Positions 48,340 through 61,120 of a stretch of 64,000 nt of DNA are shown here, piece after piece. The position numbers and the translations under genes are program-made. The notes beneath the pieces were generated by a model that saw only the letters and a list, made by a program, of their open reading frames with translations, was not told the origin of the DNA and did no database searches. This stretch comes from Lama glama. Taxonomy: Eukaryota. Position 1 is the stretch's first letter. Every line of letters starts with the position of its first letter. The stretch is from positions 80,044,001 through 80,108,000 of the forward strand of contig CM052816.1 of assembly GCA_028534125.1 (NCBI GenBank), in the 5' to 3' direction.

Positions 48340-48680
48340 AGGTATGTTTTTCCAAGTGTGTTCTATGCACTAGTTGGTCCACAGAAATACTGACCCAGGA
48401 TCTCTCCTTTGGGTGGATCAGAAAATTTGCATGTTTAAGGAGCATCCCAAGTGACTCTTAGACACAATACATTTGCAAATTATTGCTTTAAAACTGTTCT
48501 TTCAGTGTGATGATTTTTTAAATAGTGCTTTTCAAACTTTAATGTGCCCACAAATCCCCTGAAATTTCTTTAAAAAGGCAACTTCTGATTCAGTAGTTCT
48601 GAAGGAGGGCTCAGATTCTGCATTTTTAACAAGTTCCCAGCCACACTGCTGGACTGAAGAACCATACCTTGGAGCAAAGC
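48340..48680. mobile_element. Two MER5-type MITE fragments
   Basis: aatttgcatgtttaaggagcatcccaagtgactct and ctcagattctgcatttttaacaagttccca. Confidence 0.65.
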
Positions 48681-48904
48681 TTTAACACATGGGAGGGGAA
48701 AAAACCTTTCTGGGTTGTAAAATAAACAGACAAACACAATGGCAGTGGAGATAGGGGTGCCCACTGCCCATCCACAGGAGAAGTCAGAATGTCACTGCCC
48801 TTTCCCAAGGGACAGGTCACTGATAAAAGACACAGACATGGTAGTGAAAGAGGGAACTGAGAGATATCCAGAGTGGGTGTCCCTGGTCAAGACGAGACAG
48901 ATGG

Positions 48905-49870
48905 GCAGTTTGTTTGCTGTTGGGTTATATGAGTTCTTTAAATATTTTTGGTATTAATCCTTTATCAGATATAAGATTTGCAGATATTTTCATTCATTTC
49001 ATAGGTGGTGTTTTCGTTTTGTTGACTGTTTCTCTGGCTGTACAGAAGCTTTTTAGTTTGATGTGGTCCCATTTACTGATTTTTGTTTCTGTTGCTTGTG
49101 CTTTTGGTGTGAGATCCAAAAAATCACTGTGAAAACCAATATCAAGGAAATTTTCCCCTATGGTTTTTCTAGAAGTATATACTTTGGAGTCTTGCATTTA
49201 AGTCTTTAATCCACTTTGAGTTAAGTTTTGTGAGTGGTGTCGATAGGGGTCCTGTTTCATTCTGCATGTAGCTATCCAGTTTCCTCAGTACCATTTATTG
49301 ACAAGATTATTCTTTCCCCATTGAGTATTCCTGGTTGCCTTGTTAGGTAGTTTAGATAGAAATGAGCACTGGGCAGGGGGAGAGGAAGGGGAAAGGAACA
49401 ACCCAGAAAATGGCAGTGTGTCTGCAGTCAGGAAAAGAGACTCCAGAAAGTTTTACTTTCTCTAAGTGAGGGCCAGTAAAAGAAGCCAGTTATAATCAAG
49501 GAGCTGCAGCTGCGCATGGGAGGGGGCCCTCGTATAACTTGACCCAATGAACCTGCCCAAAAGGGGATGGGTGTGCCGGAGCACAGGGAACCTGAGTTGT
49601 CAATCACTCAATCAGTCAATCACGAAACCAGGATAAAAAAACAGGAAAAACAAAGGAACAGCGCCACTTTTCCACTCCTGAATCGGCCGGCTCCCAGTTC
49701 GCGGGAGTGTACTAGCTTTTACTATTTTTTTACTTCACTAATAAAAATCTTGTTTATATAATGCTTTCTGTCTCTCGTCAAAAATTCTTTTTTTTTCAGA
49801 TGACTAAGAACCAAGGTAATTCTTATTTTCCTTTTTCTGGTAACACCCTTGACAAATACTAGTTGATCCT
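48905..49870 (-). mobile_element. L1 ORF2 fragment interrupted by an LTR
   Basis: Minus-strand translation KAQATETKISKWDHIKLKSFCTARET is L1 ORF2; the L1 resumes after 49845 (cccttgacaaatactagttga). Confidence 0.9.
49341..49845 (+). mobile_element. ERV solo LTR (505 bp)
   Basis: Inverted termini TGTTA...TAACA, near-TSD gcct/ccct, TATA-like gataaaaa at ~49632, AATAAA at ~49740; splits the L1. Confidence 0.85.
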
Positions 49871-49894
49871 AAGCGTCCTGCCAAACACTCTTTT

Positions 49895-50105
49895 TAAAAA
49901 GCTTATTTTAAAATTTATTTTTCTTCCAGTTTTATTGAGATATGATTGACATACAGCAGTGTATATGTTTAAGGTGTACAGCATCATGATTCGACTTACA
50001 TCATGAAATGATGACCCCAAGAAGTTTAATGAGCATCCATTATCTCATACAAAATTAAATAGAAAAAAATTTTTTTTTGTCATGAGAACTCTTAGGATTT
50101 ACTCT
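49895..50105 (-). mobile_element. L1MA9-like 3' end
   Basis: tttattgagatatgattgacatacagc..gtttaaggtgtacagcat..gagaactcttaggatttactct; near-TSD ctgccaa(a/c)cact. Confidence 0.75.
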
Positions 50106-50129
50106 GCCAACCACTTTCAAGGACTAAAT

Positions 50130-50460
50130 CAGTCAGTCAAATATATTCATTCATTCACTCATTCACCTGCTCATTCATTCATCCATTGAACATGATCCTG
50201 TGAGAGCCTTCTATGTTCTAGCTCTAGCCAGTGTGTTAGGCCCTGGGGACAGAGCAGAAAACAAAATTTGACAAGATCTCTGCTCTCACAATGCTCAGAG
50301 AAAAGTGTAGGTGAGACATACTATAAAGAAATAAACAAGAGGATTTATAGTAATGGTAAGTGCTATTAATAAAATATTACAGTTTAAGGTAACAGAGAGC
50401 TGACAGTATCTCTAGCGTCATCAAAGGGCTCTCTGAAGAGGTGACATTTGAACTGAGACT
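50130..50460 (-). mobile_element. L2 LINE 3' fragment
   Basis: (TTCA)n head, then gtgttaggccctggggacagagcag..ctctgaagaggtgacatttgaactgagac. Confidence 0.75.
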
Positions 50461-51639
50461 TTTGCGGTCAGCTAGACAAGCAGGCCGAGGTGACTCTAGG
50501 CTCCCCTTCTTCCTCTTAAAATCTATGTAGTTGTATCTGAAACTTCTTATCCATATTTGGAAGAAATAGACTTAAAATTCAAATGCATAAGGGAGGTCAC
50601 ATTTGAGTGTGAATGAGCTTTGTCTGAACTGTCATTGGCCAATCCATTTATCAGTGTGAATGATGATCATACTCTGACGGACCAGGGAAGTGGGGAGAGG
50701 AGAGTGATAGGATTTATGTTAAGTCCTCACTAGAATTGTAGCTTCATAGTGGGATCTAGTTCCTCACTGCATCCCCAGCTTCTAGGCAGAGACGCGGGGA
50801 GCCTACCAGCCTACTGAGTGGAAGAGAATGTGAAGCAATTTGAGAGAGGCTATTTCTCCCCGAGGGGGAAAGGACCCCCAAAGACTTGGCAAGAAAGGAC
50901 CAGCTTCATAATTCCTCATCCCTTTAATGGTTTTTCCTTCCCTCAGGCAGCTTTGCTTGCACAGTTTACATAGAAACGTGTGCTTTTTGTTTTTACAATG
51001 TTTAGTTCCCAGGGATCTTTTAACTAAGCTCTTACTGCTCTTATTTTCTATCCCACACCGCGAGGCACTTAGTAAGTGCTCAATAAATGCCTGCCCCTTG
51101 CTCGCTCTCCTTGGTAATTATGTTCCAGAAATAGAAGTCTGAGACTGAGCTGGATGATTATTTTCCTCCCCACCAGGGGCTTTGTGCCTCACAGACATTT
51201 CTGGTTAACCTAAAAAAAGGAGAATCGAGTGTAATTTTTTGGTTTTTCTCTAAGCATATTTTTTAAAGTCTGTCCGAATGCATGTGAAAAAAGATATTTG
51301 ATGAAAGCATTTTGCTTGGAAAATGAGGAGAGAATCTTTTCCATAGGGTCTCATTCACTTTCCACGTTTTACCAATTCTGCTCCAAAGAAAGAAAGAGCA
51401 GCAATGGACACTTCAGTCAACCGCTAAGGAGAGACCAACTTGTGGATGGAGAATTCCTGCCTTCTTTCCAAATCTCTGCTAGTTTAGATAAGGAAACCTA
51501 CCATTGATTTATGGGACAAAAGACGTTTTGAGAGTCTGAGACTTTCCTGAGACATGACGCTGCTAAGGTTTTGGGCTGGCCATTCTGGAAAACATGGACT
51601 ATTCATACATGCTGAGGACCCTGAAATTATTACTTATTC

Positions 51640-52010
51640 TTCCTTTTATTTTAATTTTTTATTTTTATTCCATTTTAAAGGTTACTTTCCATTTACAGTT
51701 GTTACAAAATATTGGCTTCATTTCCTGTGTTATATAATCCATCCCCGTGACCTGTCTTATACCCAATATTTTGTGCCTCCCATTCCCTTATTTCTATATT
51801 CACCCTCCACTGGTAACCGCTAGTTTGTCCTCTGGAACTGTAAGTCCACTTCTTTTACGTTATATTCACTAGTTTGTTGGGGGTTTTTTAGATTCCAGAT
51901 ATAAGCGATATCATATAATATTTATCTTTCTATCTGACTTATCTCACTTAGCATAATGCCCTCCAAGTCCATCCATGTTGCTGCCAATGGCAAACTTTGG
52001 TTCTTTTTTT
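51640..52010 (-). mobile_element. L1 3' fragment
   Basis: T-rich tail, ggtaaccgctagtttgt, tctgacttatctcacttagcataatgccctccaagtccatccatgttgctgc. Confidence 0.85.
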
Positions 52011-52169
52011 ATACCTTCATACTACTCATTGTTAACAGAGCCTGCAGTTCCAATGAGATCCTTTTCCAACCACTCCCCAATATAGGTCATGAGGTTATCT
52101 TCTGCTTTGGAAAAACTGTTTTTAGGAAATCATATTAAGCAGTCAGAAGCAGGCCAGCACAGGCCTTCG

Positions 52170-52420
52170 CAAGGATGAAGACTGAAGCTGGGCTCTATGG
52201 CTTTGAATCCCACTTGCTGGTTGTAGGACCCTGAGCTAGTCAATTAGTCTCCCTGAGCCTTGGTTTCTCATCTGTATAATGGGACCAATAAGAATGCCTG
52301 CCTCATTAGAGATTTTTCGAGGATCAAATGAGAAGATGTAAGTCAAGCGCTCCGCCCACTGTGTGACATATGGGGAGCCCTCTGTAAGCGTCAGCATAGG
52401 TTCCAATCTACTATTTGTCA
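52170..52420 (+). mobile_element. MIR SINE
   Basis: tttgaatccc..ctccctgagccttggtttctcatctgtataatggg..gatcaaatgagaagatgta. Confidence 0.75.
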
Positions 52421-53916
52421 TTAACTGCACTGCTTTTGATGATGTATTTCTGGAAAGACGATTATTTCCTCTTTCCTTCCTAAAACACAAGGGAGTTACT
52501 GAACACTACACACTGTGGCTGAGGGGCAATTTAGGAATGAAAAAAATCTCTAGACTTCATCATTTTAAACCTCTAAGTTTTATCCACAGTTTTCCAAAAC
52601 CACTTTTAAATCATTTGGCATTTCAGTTGTAGCAACATATGCAATATTTTAAAAAGCAGATATTTAAAAAGTAATATCTTTTAAATGGGAGATTAGATTA
52701 CATGTAAAGTACAGAAAGAAACTCTATTCTTTTTCAGGGGTTTGGTTCTATTCCTAGTTTATAAATCAATTTCCTCTTCCTATTTCAATCCAAAGAGCTC
52801 ACATTCCTGCATAACTTTATGGTTACTGGTGTTTCTGTGGAAACAACCACCTCGGAAGTGGTATTTCTCAACCTAAGTGCTTCTCCTTAAGTTTTCTTGG
52901 CAAGAGGTGAGAAGGGCGGTTCATGTCCATAAAACCCATAATTTCAGCATAATTGTCAGATAATAAGGATAATAATAGAGTTGTAGAACTTCAGAGCTAG
53001 AACATTAGATCTCATCTAGGCCAACCCCCTCATTTTACAGATGAGTAAATACCGTGCGCGCAAACTTTGTTTTACTGTCCTAAAAGGATTTTCATATAGT
53101 TCAGTCATTTGCCTTCCCAACAACCCCTTGAGGTAATCAGAGGGTAGGTTAATTTAGCCCCTCTTTGCAGATGAAGAAACTGAGTTTTTGAAAGGATAAA
53201 TGACTTGCCCAAGCTGTGGACGGTGTCAGTCAACAGATATATCTACAATGCAAGTTTTCAACAGCCTTGCTGGTACTCTTTCCCCCAACAAGCGGGGTGC
53301 TATTCAGGACTTTGTATACCTACCAGACTGTTTAGACTGCAGATCTCCCAGGCTTGATACTTTTGGACTGTGAAACCCTGCCATGTGTAGAACTAACCCC
53401 AAATCCCTCAACATGATAGTGAGGGCCCCTCACGCCTGGCCTTTGCTCATTTCTTCAGCCTCATCTTCTACCATGCCTGGGTTCCACTTTTTGTTCTAGC
53501 AACTCTACAAGCAGTATTTCTGCTTCTATCCTTTCATCTTAGTTTTTTTTTTTTTTTGCTTAACCCAAACCCACTTCCTTTAAGAATGAGCCTGAGATGC
53601 TTATTATTTCTGTCTTGCCCCTGCGTCCCCTTCCTGAGAACCTTCCCCAGCCAGAGTTCTCCAAAAGACAGGTCTACACGCTACCTGACTTCACCTGAAT
53701 CTGATTGTACCTGAGATGACCATGAAGTCTGGAGAGAGAGAGAATGGAGAGATGTCTGTACGTAAGAAAAGATAAGCATGCACGTGGCTCTGGAGAGACT
53801 GACAAAAACATAGACAGAAGTTATGTCTGTTCCTGACAACTTTACATGACCTGGTTCTGAACCCTAGCAAGGCTTCCATGAGATACTCCTGCATAATCCA
53901 CAAATCCCCACTTTGG

Positions 53917-54117
53917 CAGTAACAGGCTGGTGAACCAGCTCTTAGAAGACAAACAACAAAGCCCTGATTTATAGCGATTGCCAATTGCCAAGGTGTAAAT
54001 ACTCCCACCATGGACTATTTTGAGCTATGGTGATGTCACTGAATGCAGAGTGGGGGAGACGTGCACATACGTTTTGCCTTTTGTGAGCTTGTATGAGCTG
54101 GCTTTAGCTCACTACTG
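53917..54117 (-). mobile_element. MER63A-like hAT-Blackjack MITE
   Basis: cagt..gctggtgaaccagctct..gccctgatttatagcg..ggtgtaaatactcccaccatgg..actactg. Confidence 0.75.
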
Positions 54118-55277
54118 CCTTGGGTGTGAGCTAAAGTAAGTGGGTTTCTGTTCCTCGCAACCAAATACTATATTATATTCAATGAAAACATCATTGATTG
54201 GCTAGTTCTACTTTTAAAACTATGCCATAATGCTTTAAGGGCAGTCTCGATTTCTTCCAGATCGTAATTCTTGTTCTCCTTTCTAAGTGTATCTCAGTCT
54301 CCTCTATTTATTTTCAAAACGCCCCCAAATAAAAGTTACTTCTGAGATTTGATTTTCTCACAACACTCTTTCTTCCACGCATAGCTTGACCTTCCAAGGT
54401 CTAACCTAAATGAGGAAAGTTGAAGAAGGAAATACTAGTTGTAGGTATCAATTAAATAAACAACAGCAATTCAAAAAATTACATCCAGCTTTCCTGGATT
54501 TTGGTGTCTAGGTAGGAATATCAAAGGATTGGAAAGTGGGGCCCTATCCAACTTCTAGAGCCTGTTGATTAAATGTTCAGACAGAGGTGGGTGGGGGGAC
54601 CTCTCCCCTGCTTTGCAAAGACAGAAATAAGCCTCTGATAACTTGTGTTCTACAGGGAGGCTCTGTGGATGCAGAACTTTGAGAATGAAACGCTTAATTA
54701 TAACCAAACATGGAGCGAACAAAGGAATGAGGTTCTGAGTTGGGCTGTTTTATGTGGATCCTGCCTACAAAAGGAGCAGCTTCTTCCAAATTTTGTAAGA
54801 GATCAGTGACAAGCTGGAATTTTTCATTTCTGGGCACAGTGAGAAGTGAAACTTAAAGAACCATCCTCGTTTATGTTTCAAAAGCAAAGAAGTTCCAGCT
54901 CGCCACCCTGGTGTGCTTTGAGGCTGCTGAATGTTCTTGGAACTTCCGTATGGACAATAATTTCACGACTGGGGAAAAATATTTCAGTCATTTCCCTAAC
55001 TCTAATAGTTTCCATCCATCACCTCAAAAAGGAAGGTAGAAAATAACAAATGGGCATGAGGAGAGTGTTGCTCCTGAGTCTTTGTCGATGCTGAGTAATG
55101 CCAATGACAGGGACATGGGAAGAGTCTGAGCCCACTCATCCTCTCTCCCCAGTACCTCTTTTGTGTAACCCCTTGTGTACATCAGGGCTTATACAATCTG
55201 CGGAGATGGGAAAGAGGTTTCTTTTCTTTCCTTTCCTTTTCTTTTTTATAGGCTCTCTATTTCATATGAGAAAGAAA

Positions 55278-55418
55278 TCCTTGTCCTTGGCCCTATGATT
55301 GATATTTATCAAGTGTCTATCAGGGACCAGAAAATTACAACTATTCCTCCTTGTCCTTGGCCCTATGATTGATATTTATCAAGTGTCTATCAGGGACCAG
55401 AAAATTACAACTATTCCT
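55278..55418 (+). repeat. Perfect 70-bp tandem duplication
   Basis: 55278-55347 is identical to 55348-55417. Confidence 0.95.
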
Positions 55419-56289
55419 TATAATCCTTACAACTCCCATTACACAGATGTGAAAACTGAGACTAAGGACATTCAAATGACTTAACCAAGACAATAGAGCT
55501 TGAACACGGCTGAGCCAGGCTTGGAACACATCTTCTCTGACTCCAAAATGTACATTCTTTGCATTATACAGTGCAGCCAAGTCCACTCACCAGCCTATGT
55601 TGGAATAAGGACTTAGAAAGGTATATTGGAAATAGAGAAAGGAATGAGAATTTTATCATTTTACTGGTTTAGAAATGACTGTATATAGTGTCTCTGGGGG
55701 GTCTACAAACCACTAAAAATAGATTCGAGTTAATTATAAAAGAAAACTGAAGGTATCATCAGCACACAGTCACTTCCAGATAGGTTCAAATCACCTCTCT
55801 ATACAGATATTGCTATGGCCCCGCCCCATCTCCTCTGCACCTCAAAATTTCCTATGGAGACCCCTCATGTTGGCTCTGATTTATGTGTTGACCTCAGAAC
55901 TTCATACTGTGAATCTCTAGTCTGGAGACCCTGCCATATTCCTCTCCCTGACCCCTTGGGCTTCTAGAATTCTCCAGCTTGAAGAGGTGCTCAAGTTGTA
56001 GCCACACCTTGTCCATTATTCCCCTTAATGGCCTTTCTTAGCAACCAGCAGTCTCTTCCAGATACACATTGCCAACATGATCCAGTTTGGGGAAGTGATC
56101 AGGGAAGGACTGGGTATCCCTACAGAGGAGCCTTCGCTCCACAGGGAGGCTAACAGCTTCAGTGCAGAGCAGATTTCACACAGCATGTGGCTGGCTTCTA
56201 AGAAACTCTACCTTCCATATCTACACTCACTTGGGCTACTGCACAGCTTCCCACTGGTCTCTTTGCTTTCCCTCTTTCCTGTGCCCCTC

Positions 56290-56840
56290 TCTCCTGCCCA
56301 ACCACCAAAGCCACTGTAATCTTCCAATGCTGTAAATGCTTCAAACATTTCAGTGGCTTCCCATCATGCTTAGAACCAAACCTACGCTCCTTACCCCAGA
56401 CTGCAAGATCTGACTCTCGCAAGATCGGGCCACTGTCTCCCCTCCAGCTCATCTCACAGCCGTCTCTTCCCTGTTGACCTGCTCCAGCCAGAGTTATATT
56501 CTCTCTCTTCCCTCAACATGCCAAGCCCTTCTGTCCTCAGGGCCTTGGCATTTGCTATTCCTTCTGCCTGGAGACTTCACTATTTTCATCCTTCAGCCTC
56601 AACCCTCCTCAGGTAGCCCTTACCAGGAGAATCCACTGGATGTGGCTAACGCCCTCCCCCAGTCACTCTCCGCCATCTTTCCTGATCATTTCTTTGTAGC
56701 ACTTACCACTAATTGCAATTCTTTCACTGTCTTGTTGATTTTTCCTGGTTTAGTGTTCTATCTACCCTTATAGAATGTAAGGTCATGAGGGTGGGGACTT
56801 TTTTTTGATCAGCACTCGGTCCTTAGCAATAAATATTAGT
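56290..56840 (+). mobile_element. L2 LINE fragment
   Basis: cagtggcttcccatc..ctcagggccttggcatttgctattccttctgcctgga..tagaatgtaaggtcatgagggtggggac..caataaatattagttga. Confidence 0.75.
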
Positions 56841-57690
56841 TGAGCCACTGGGTCCCTTAAATTATGTGGCCCTTTGTCTTTCAGGGCGCTGGCCCCTTCT
56901 CCCTTAGGACCTGACTCGATAAATCCACGCCTCCTGGGAAGTCCTCCCACTTCCAGTCCCATTAGTCCTAAATCCCTTCTGTAAATTTGTCCCAGCTTTC
57001 TTGAGAGGCGTGTGTTCTAAACAGGGCCTAATACAATCTGAGAACTTCCAAATGTCAAATGATAAACGTGAAACAATGGAAAATGTTATTACTATGGAAG
57101 TTTGCCATTTTATGAGTTCAGTTGTGACATCCATATGTTACTGTTCGGCCACGTCACTAGCAGCAACATGTATTTTACATCTCTGTAATTACTTTTGTGG
57201 TGGCTTGTTTTGTTTCGTTTTGGATAGTGGACTTTAAGTTTGTCTCAAGTTTACTACTCTTGCTCTGGCTTCTCTTTTATTTCTTAAGACAGGATATTCC
57301 ATATGCTTAGAATTCCAAACTAGGTCCCTCTGAGATTTATGACCAGAAACACCAAGTTCTAAGAATGCAGTTCACCTTAAGAGGAATTTAAATTGCTTTT
57401 ACTCATATAGTGCTTTTGCAACCATCAAATATGAGTCTCTTTTCCCTCCTTACAGTTTGCAAAACATGATTGCATTACTGATCTCATTTAATCATTGCAG
57501 CCTGTGGAATCATTAAAGAAGAAATGAGCCCTATTTCACAGAGAAGGAAACCAGCTCAGAGTGGTTGGGAATCCCAAATTTCATCCCAGTTGCCATCCTC
57601 AGGTCTTTGGGGATGAAGGCCTCACCTCGTCACTGTCACGATGTGGTTTTCGTAATGAACTTGAGTAACCTTTAAAACAGAACCATCAAA

Positions 57691-58075
57691 TCTCAAACTC
57701 CAAATTTATCCCTTCCCACCACCCTTCCTCCTGGTAACCATAAGTTTGTTTTTCTATGTCTGTTTCTGTTTTGTAAATAAGTTCATTTGTGTCTTTTTTT
57801 TTTAAGATATATATGAGTGATATCATATGATATTTTTCTTTCTCTTTTTGGCTTACTTCAAATAGATATACAAGAAGTTTCTTCTGTACAGCACAGGGAA
57901 CTATATTTAATATCTTGTAGTAAGCTATAATGAAAAAGAATATGAAAACAAATGTATGTATGAACATGCATGACCGAAACATTATGTTGTACACCAGAAA
58001 TTGACACATTGTAACTGACTATACTTCAATAAAACAAGCAAAAAAAGAATAAAGAAAACTACAAAACAAAACAAA
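57691..58075 (+). mobile_element. L1 insertion with 5' inversion (57691-57860 inverted, 57861-58075 forward plus A tail)
   Basis: Two adjacent L1 3' pieces in opposite orientation between one 17-bp TSD aaaa(c/t)agaa(c/t)catcaaa (57674-57690, 58076-58092). Confidence 0.85.
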
Positions 58076-59984
58076 AAAATAGAATCATCAAAAGGTGAAT
58101 TAAACCAAGTTATGTGTAAGTGAGTACAGTTCACAAACCACTGAAGAGTCAGATGCTTTTCATCTAGAACAGTGATTTTTGAAGTTCTCCTCACAAAGAT
58201 CCTTCTTCATTTTTTTCCCAGTGTGGATTCCTCAGACATGGAGGCTCTAATGGCCAATCAGTTTTTGACCCTTTTTAGATAATTAACATCTTTGTGTGGA
58301 ATTCATTAAATTCCAGTCGAAAGCAGTGAATCTTTATGCTTCACTTCCGTGTGTAGCATTATCCTGGGCAGATTTAGTTGCTTTCCCCTACAGGTTGTAA
58401 AATGTTGACAATAGCACAATCCTCCCTCCCTTAACAGCACTTTGAGGATCCACAGTGACCCAGGGATAATCTGTGGATAGGCTCTGAGTGTGTGTCATCT
58501 AGGTTTGTCCTAGGGGAAAGGCATTTGTGAAAATCAGATAAAGTGCAAGTTAAGTTATATTTCAAGGTTCATCCAAAACCATCTATCATGATGCAGTTCG
58601 AAGCATAAAATATTACTTAAAATAAACAAGCTACAACTATGGGCAGGCAGTCTTCCACTAATCCATCATTTATTATAATGATACTTAAAATGGAGGAATT
58701 ATTAGGTTTGTCCAATTTCCAGAACAAAAGGCCATCACATACCTTTGGCTGAAGGATACAAGGGATGGATGATATTTTTCTTTTTAAAGAAACATTCCTT
58801 TACACCTCTGAGTCTGCAGCTTTTTACCATTCCAGCCCAAGACTGTTTTGGGGACAGAAGACTAACAGCAGGCACGCCCAGCGTTTATAGCTGGGGGCCT
58901 GGGTCATTGCTAAAACCTCAAGGCAGTTACTAAGCACGTCTTCTTTAAGGAGGTAAGTGGCTGGGATCTGTTACAATTTGTTAACCCAATCATGGGCTCC
59001 CACAGGCCCTCATATACCTTTGGCTGAAGGATACAAGGGATGATATTTTCCTTTTTAAAGAAACGTTCTGTACGGATGTAGACTTTGAACTAGACACAGG
59101 AAAGCAAACTATTTCCTTCTAAAGGAAAACAGGATATCTATTTAGCACCTGATCACTTCCCTCTTGTCTCATATCCCAATGGTGGTCACTTAGGATAATG
59201 ATTGGCTAATAATTATGATCTATGTATAGGCTTTAAAAAAATTTGCAAAGTTCTTCGTATTATTTTTATTTTATTCTCCCAACAGCTCTGTGATTGTTGT
59301 TATCTTTGCTTACAGTTGAGGAGACCGAGGCACAGAGCAATTAAGTCTTTGGTCTCAGATCACCCAGAGCACCAGTAACAGAGGAAGAACTCAAATTGTG
59401 CTTTCAAACCCCACAGACAACCTTCTACTGACAGCAGTTGGCGCCGCCCCAACAGGCTCAGCGCGTGCATCATGAGATCCTTTTGGTGGAGTTTTCTGAA
59501 ATGTTCAAGTTGTAGGAAGGGAAAGCGCCAATCACACAATATCATGTTTGAGCCCTAAGTGCCACTACATTTCTGGGTACAAATTTCTAATTTGAGTTGT
59601 TAATGAATCAGCCAAGATAATCCTCCCATTGGATAACAAGCTGCCAAACAATTGGGAGTTAATTGTTTTTATTTCATGGGTGTGTGAAATCTATGGTTGG
59701 CCATTCTAGGGGGAAAAAGGAAGCTGATTTGATAGTTGCAAGGTTTTCCTTGTCTCCACGCCCCTTTCATTTGGACACAGACACACCCTGCAACAATGTG
59801 GCCATTATTACAACATGGTGATAGGGAATTTGGTCCCTGGATATTTGAAGATAAATTATGTTAGTCTGACAATCATCTAGGCCCTAAGTTGCCTCTCTTT
59901 CTGGGGTCACATTTTCAGGGTTAAGAATAAACTGACTTGCCCATACTTAATAGTTGAACATACTTGATAAGAAACAAGAGGGAG

Positions 59985-60138
59985 GCTGGTGCCAGGAGGT
60001 GCTCCAGGGTAAGTGATGTTAGGGCCCACTCTTAGTTTATGATCTGCAGCCGCCATCTTGGAATTCTTAATAAGTTTTAAACAAGGGCTCTGCATTTTCA
60101 TTTTGCCTTGAGTCCTGCCAGTTATGCTGCCGGTCCTG
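59985..60138 (+). mobile_element. MER45A-like hAT-Tip100 MITE
   Basis: gccgccatcttggaattcttaataagttttaaacaagggctctgcattttcattttgc..gccggtcctg. Confidence 0.75.
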
Positions 60139-60559
60139 CTTGGTGTCTCAGGATATTAGCTGCAGAGACAGTGATCCAGCCAGGTCAGAGTGCTGCCAAG
60201 ATTTTAGGTCTCCCAAGAGAACTTTGGGGATAAGCCAACGCACTGCTGACAGATCCAAGAGTGCAGGGTCAGGACTGAACAGGGGCCACAGAGCCCCAGT
60301 CTTCGACAGGGACAGAAGGTGCTGCCCACCTCTTGGCAGGAGGTTCCATCTTAAGTGAAGCCAATGAGGAAGAGGCCTGGTGCCCGACCCCAAATGCCAA
60401 GAAGATATGGAATGCCCCCAAGAATAACACTGGTCTGTTGTCTGGGGCCCTTTTCCTACATACTTACTTAATCTACTAAACAGACTGTTGGGCACGGTCA
60501 GATGGGAAACGGGTTCAATGTTCAACAGGCTTCAAGCCTTTGGATTTTTAAAAACCCTT

Positions 60560-61120
60560 TTTATTTTAGAAACCATTTTTATTTTTTTGATGTTACCCTT
60601 TTGACTTATTATACAGTAATATTCATTGAGAAATATAGTATTTCATTACTGATGAGCAGAAGAAAATGTAAATATCACCTTGAGTCCTACTCCCCAGAGA
60701 TGATTATTATTGATTTTTAATGTGCATTGACAGATATACATACTTTAAAAAAACATAATGGGATTATACTGTAAATGGAATCATTTAGCTGCTTTTTTAA
60801 AATTTACTGTTTTGATAACATGCTCTCATGTCATTATACTACTGCATCACATTAAATCTACTGTGATTTTTAACCAAATTAGTTTATGGAACCAACCTCT
60901 ATGGTTTGATATTTAGATTGATTCTCATTCCTCGCTGTTTTAAACAGTGCTGAGATGAACAGGCATGTAGCTATTTTTGCAATCATCCATGACGACCATT
61001 TTAGAATAATTTTCTAGAAGTGTGTTTTCTGAGTTAAAGATGTGAACATATTGAGACATCCTTGTTCAATTGCCTCAAAGAACTGTTACACCAATCTCTA
61101 TTCCCATCAGCGGTGTAGAT
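60560..61120 (-). mobile_element. Old L1ME-like fragment
   Basis: aatgggattatactgt..gatatttagattgattctc..ttttaaacagtgctgagatgaaca..caattgcctcaaagaactgttacaccaat. Confidence 0.55.

Noticed and set aside
55278..59068. Direct repeats as a CRISPR-like or other array
   Set aside because: Only two copies each, no repeat-spacer periodicity, eukaryotic context.
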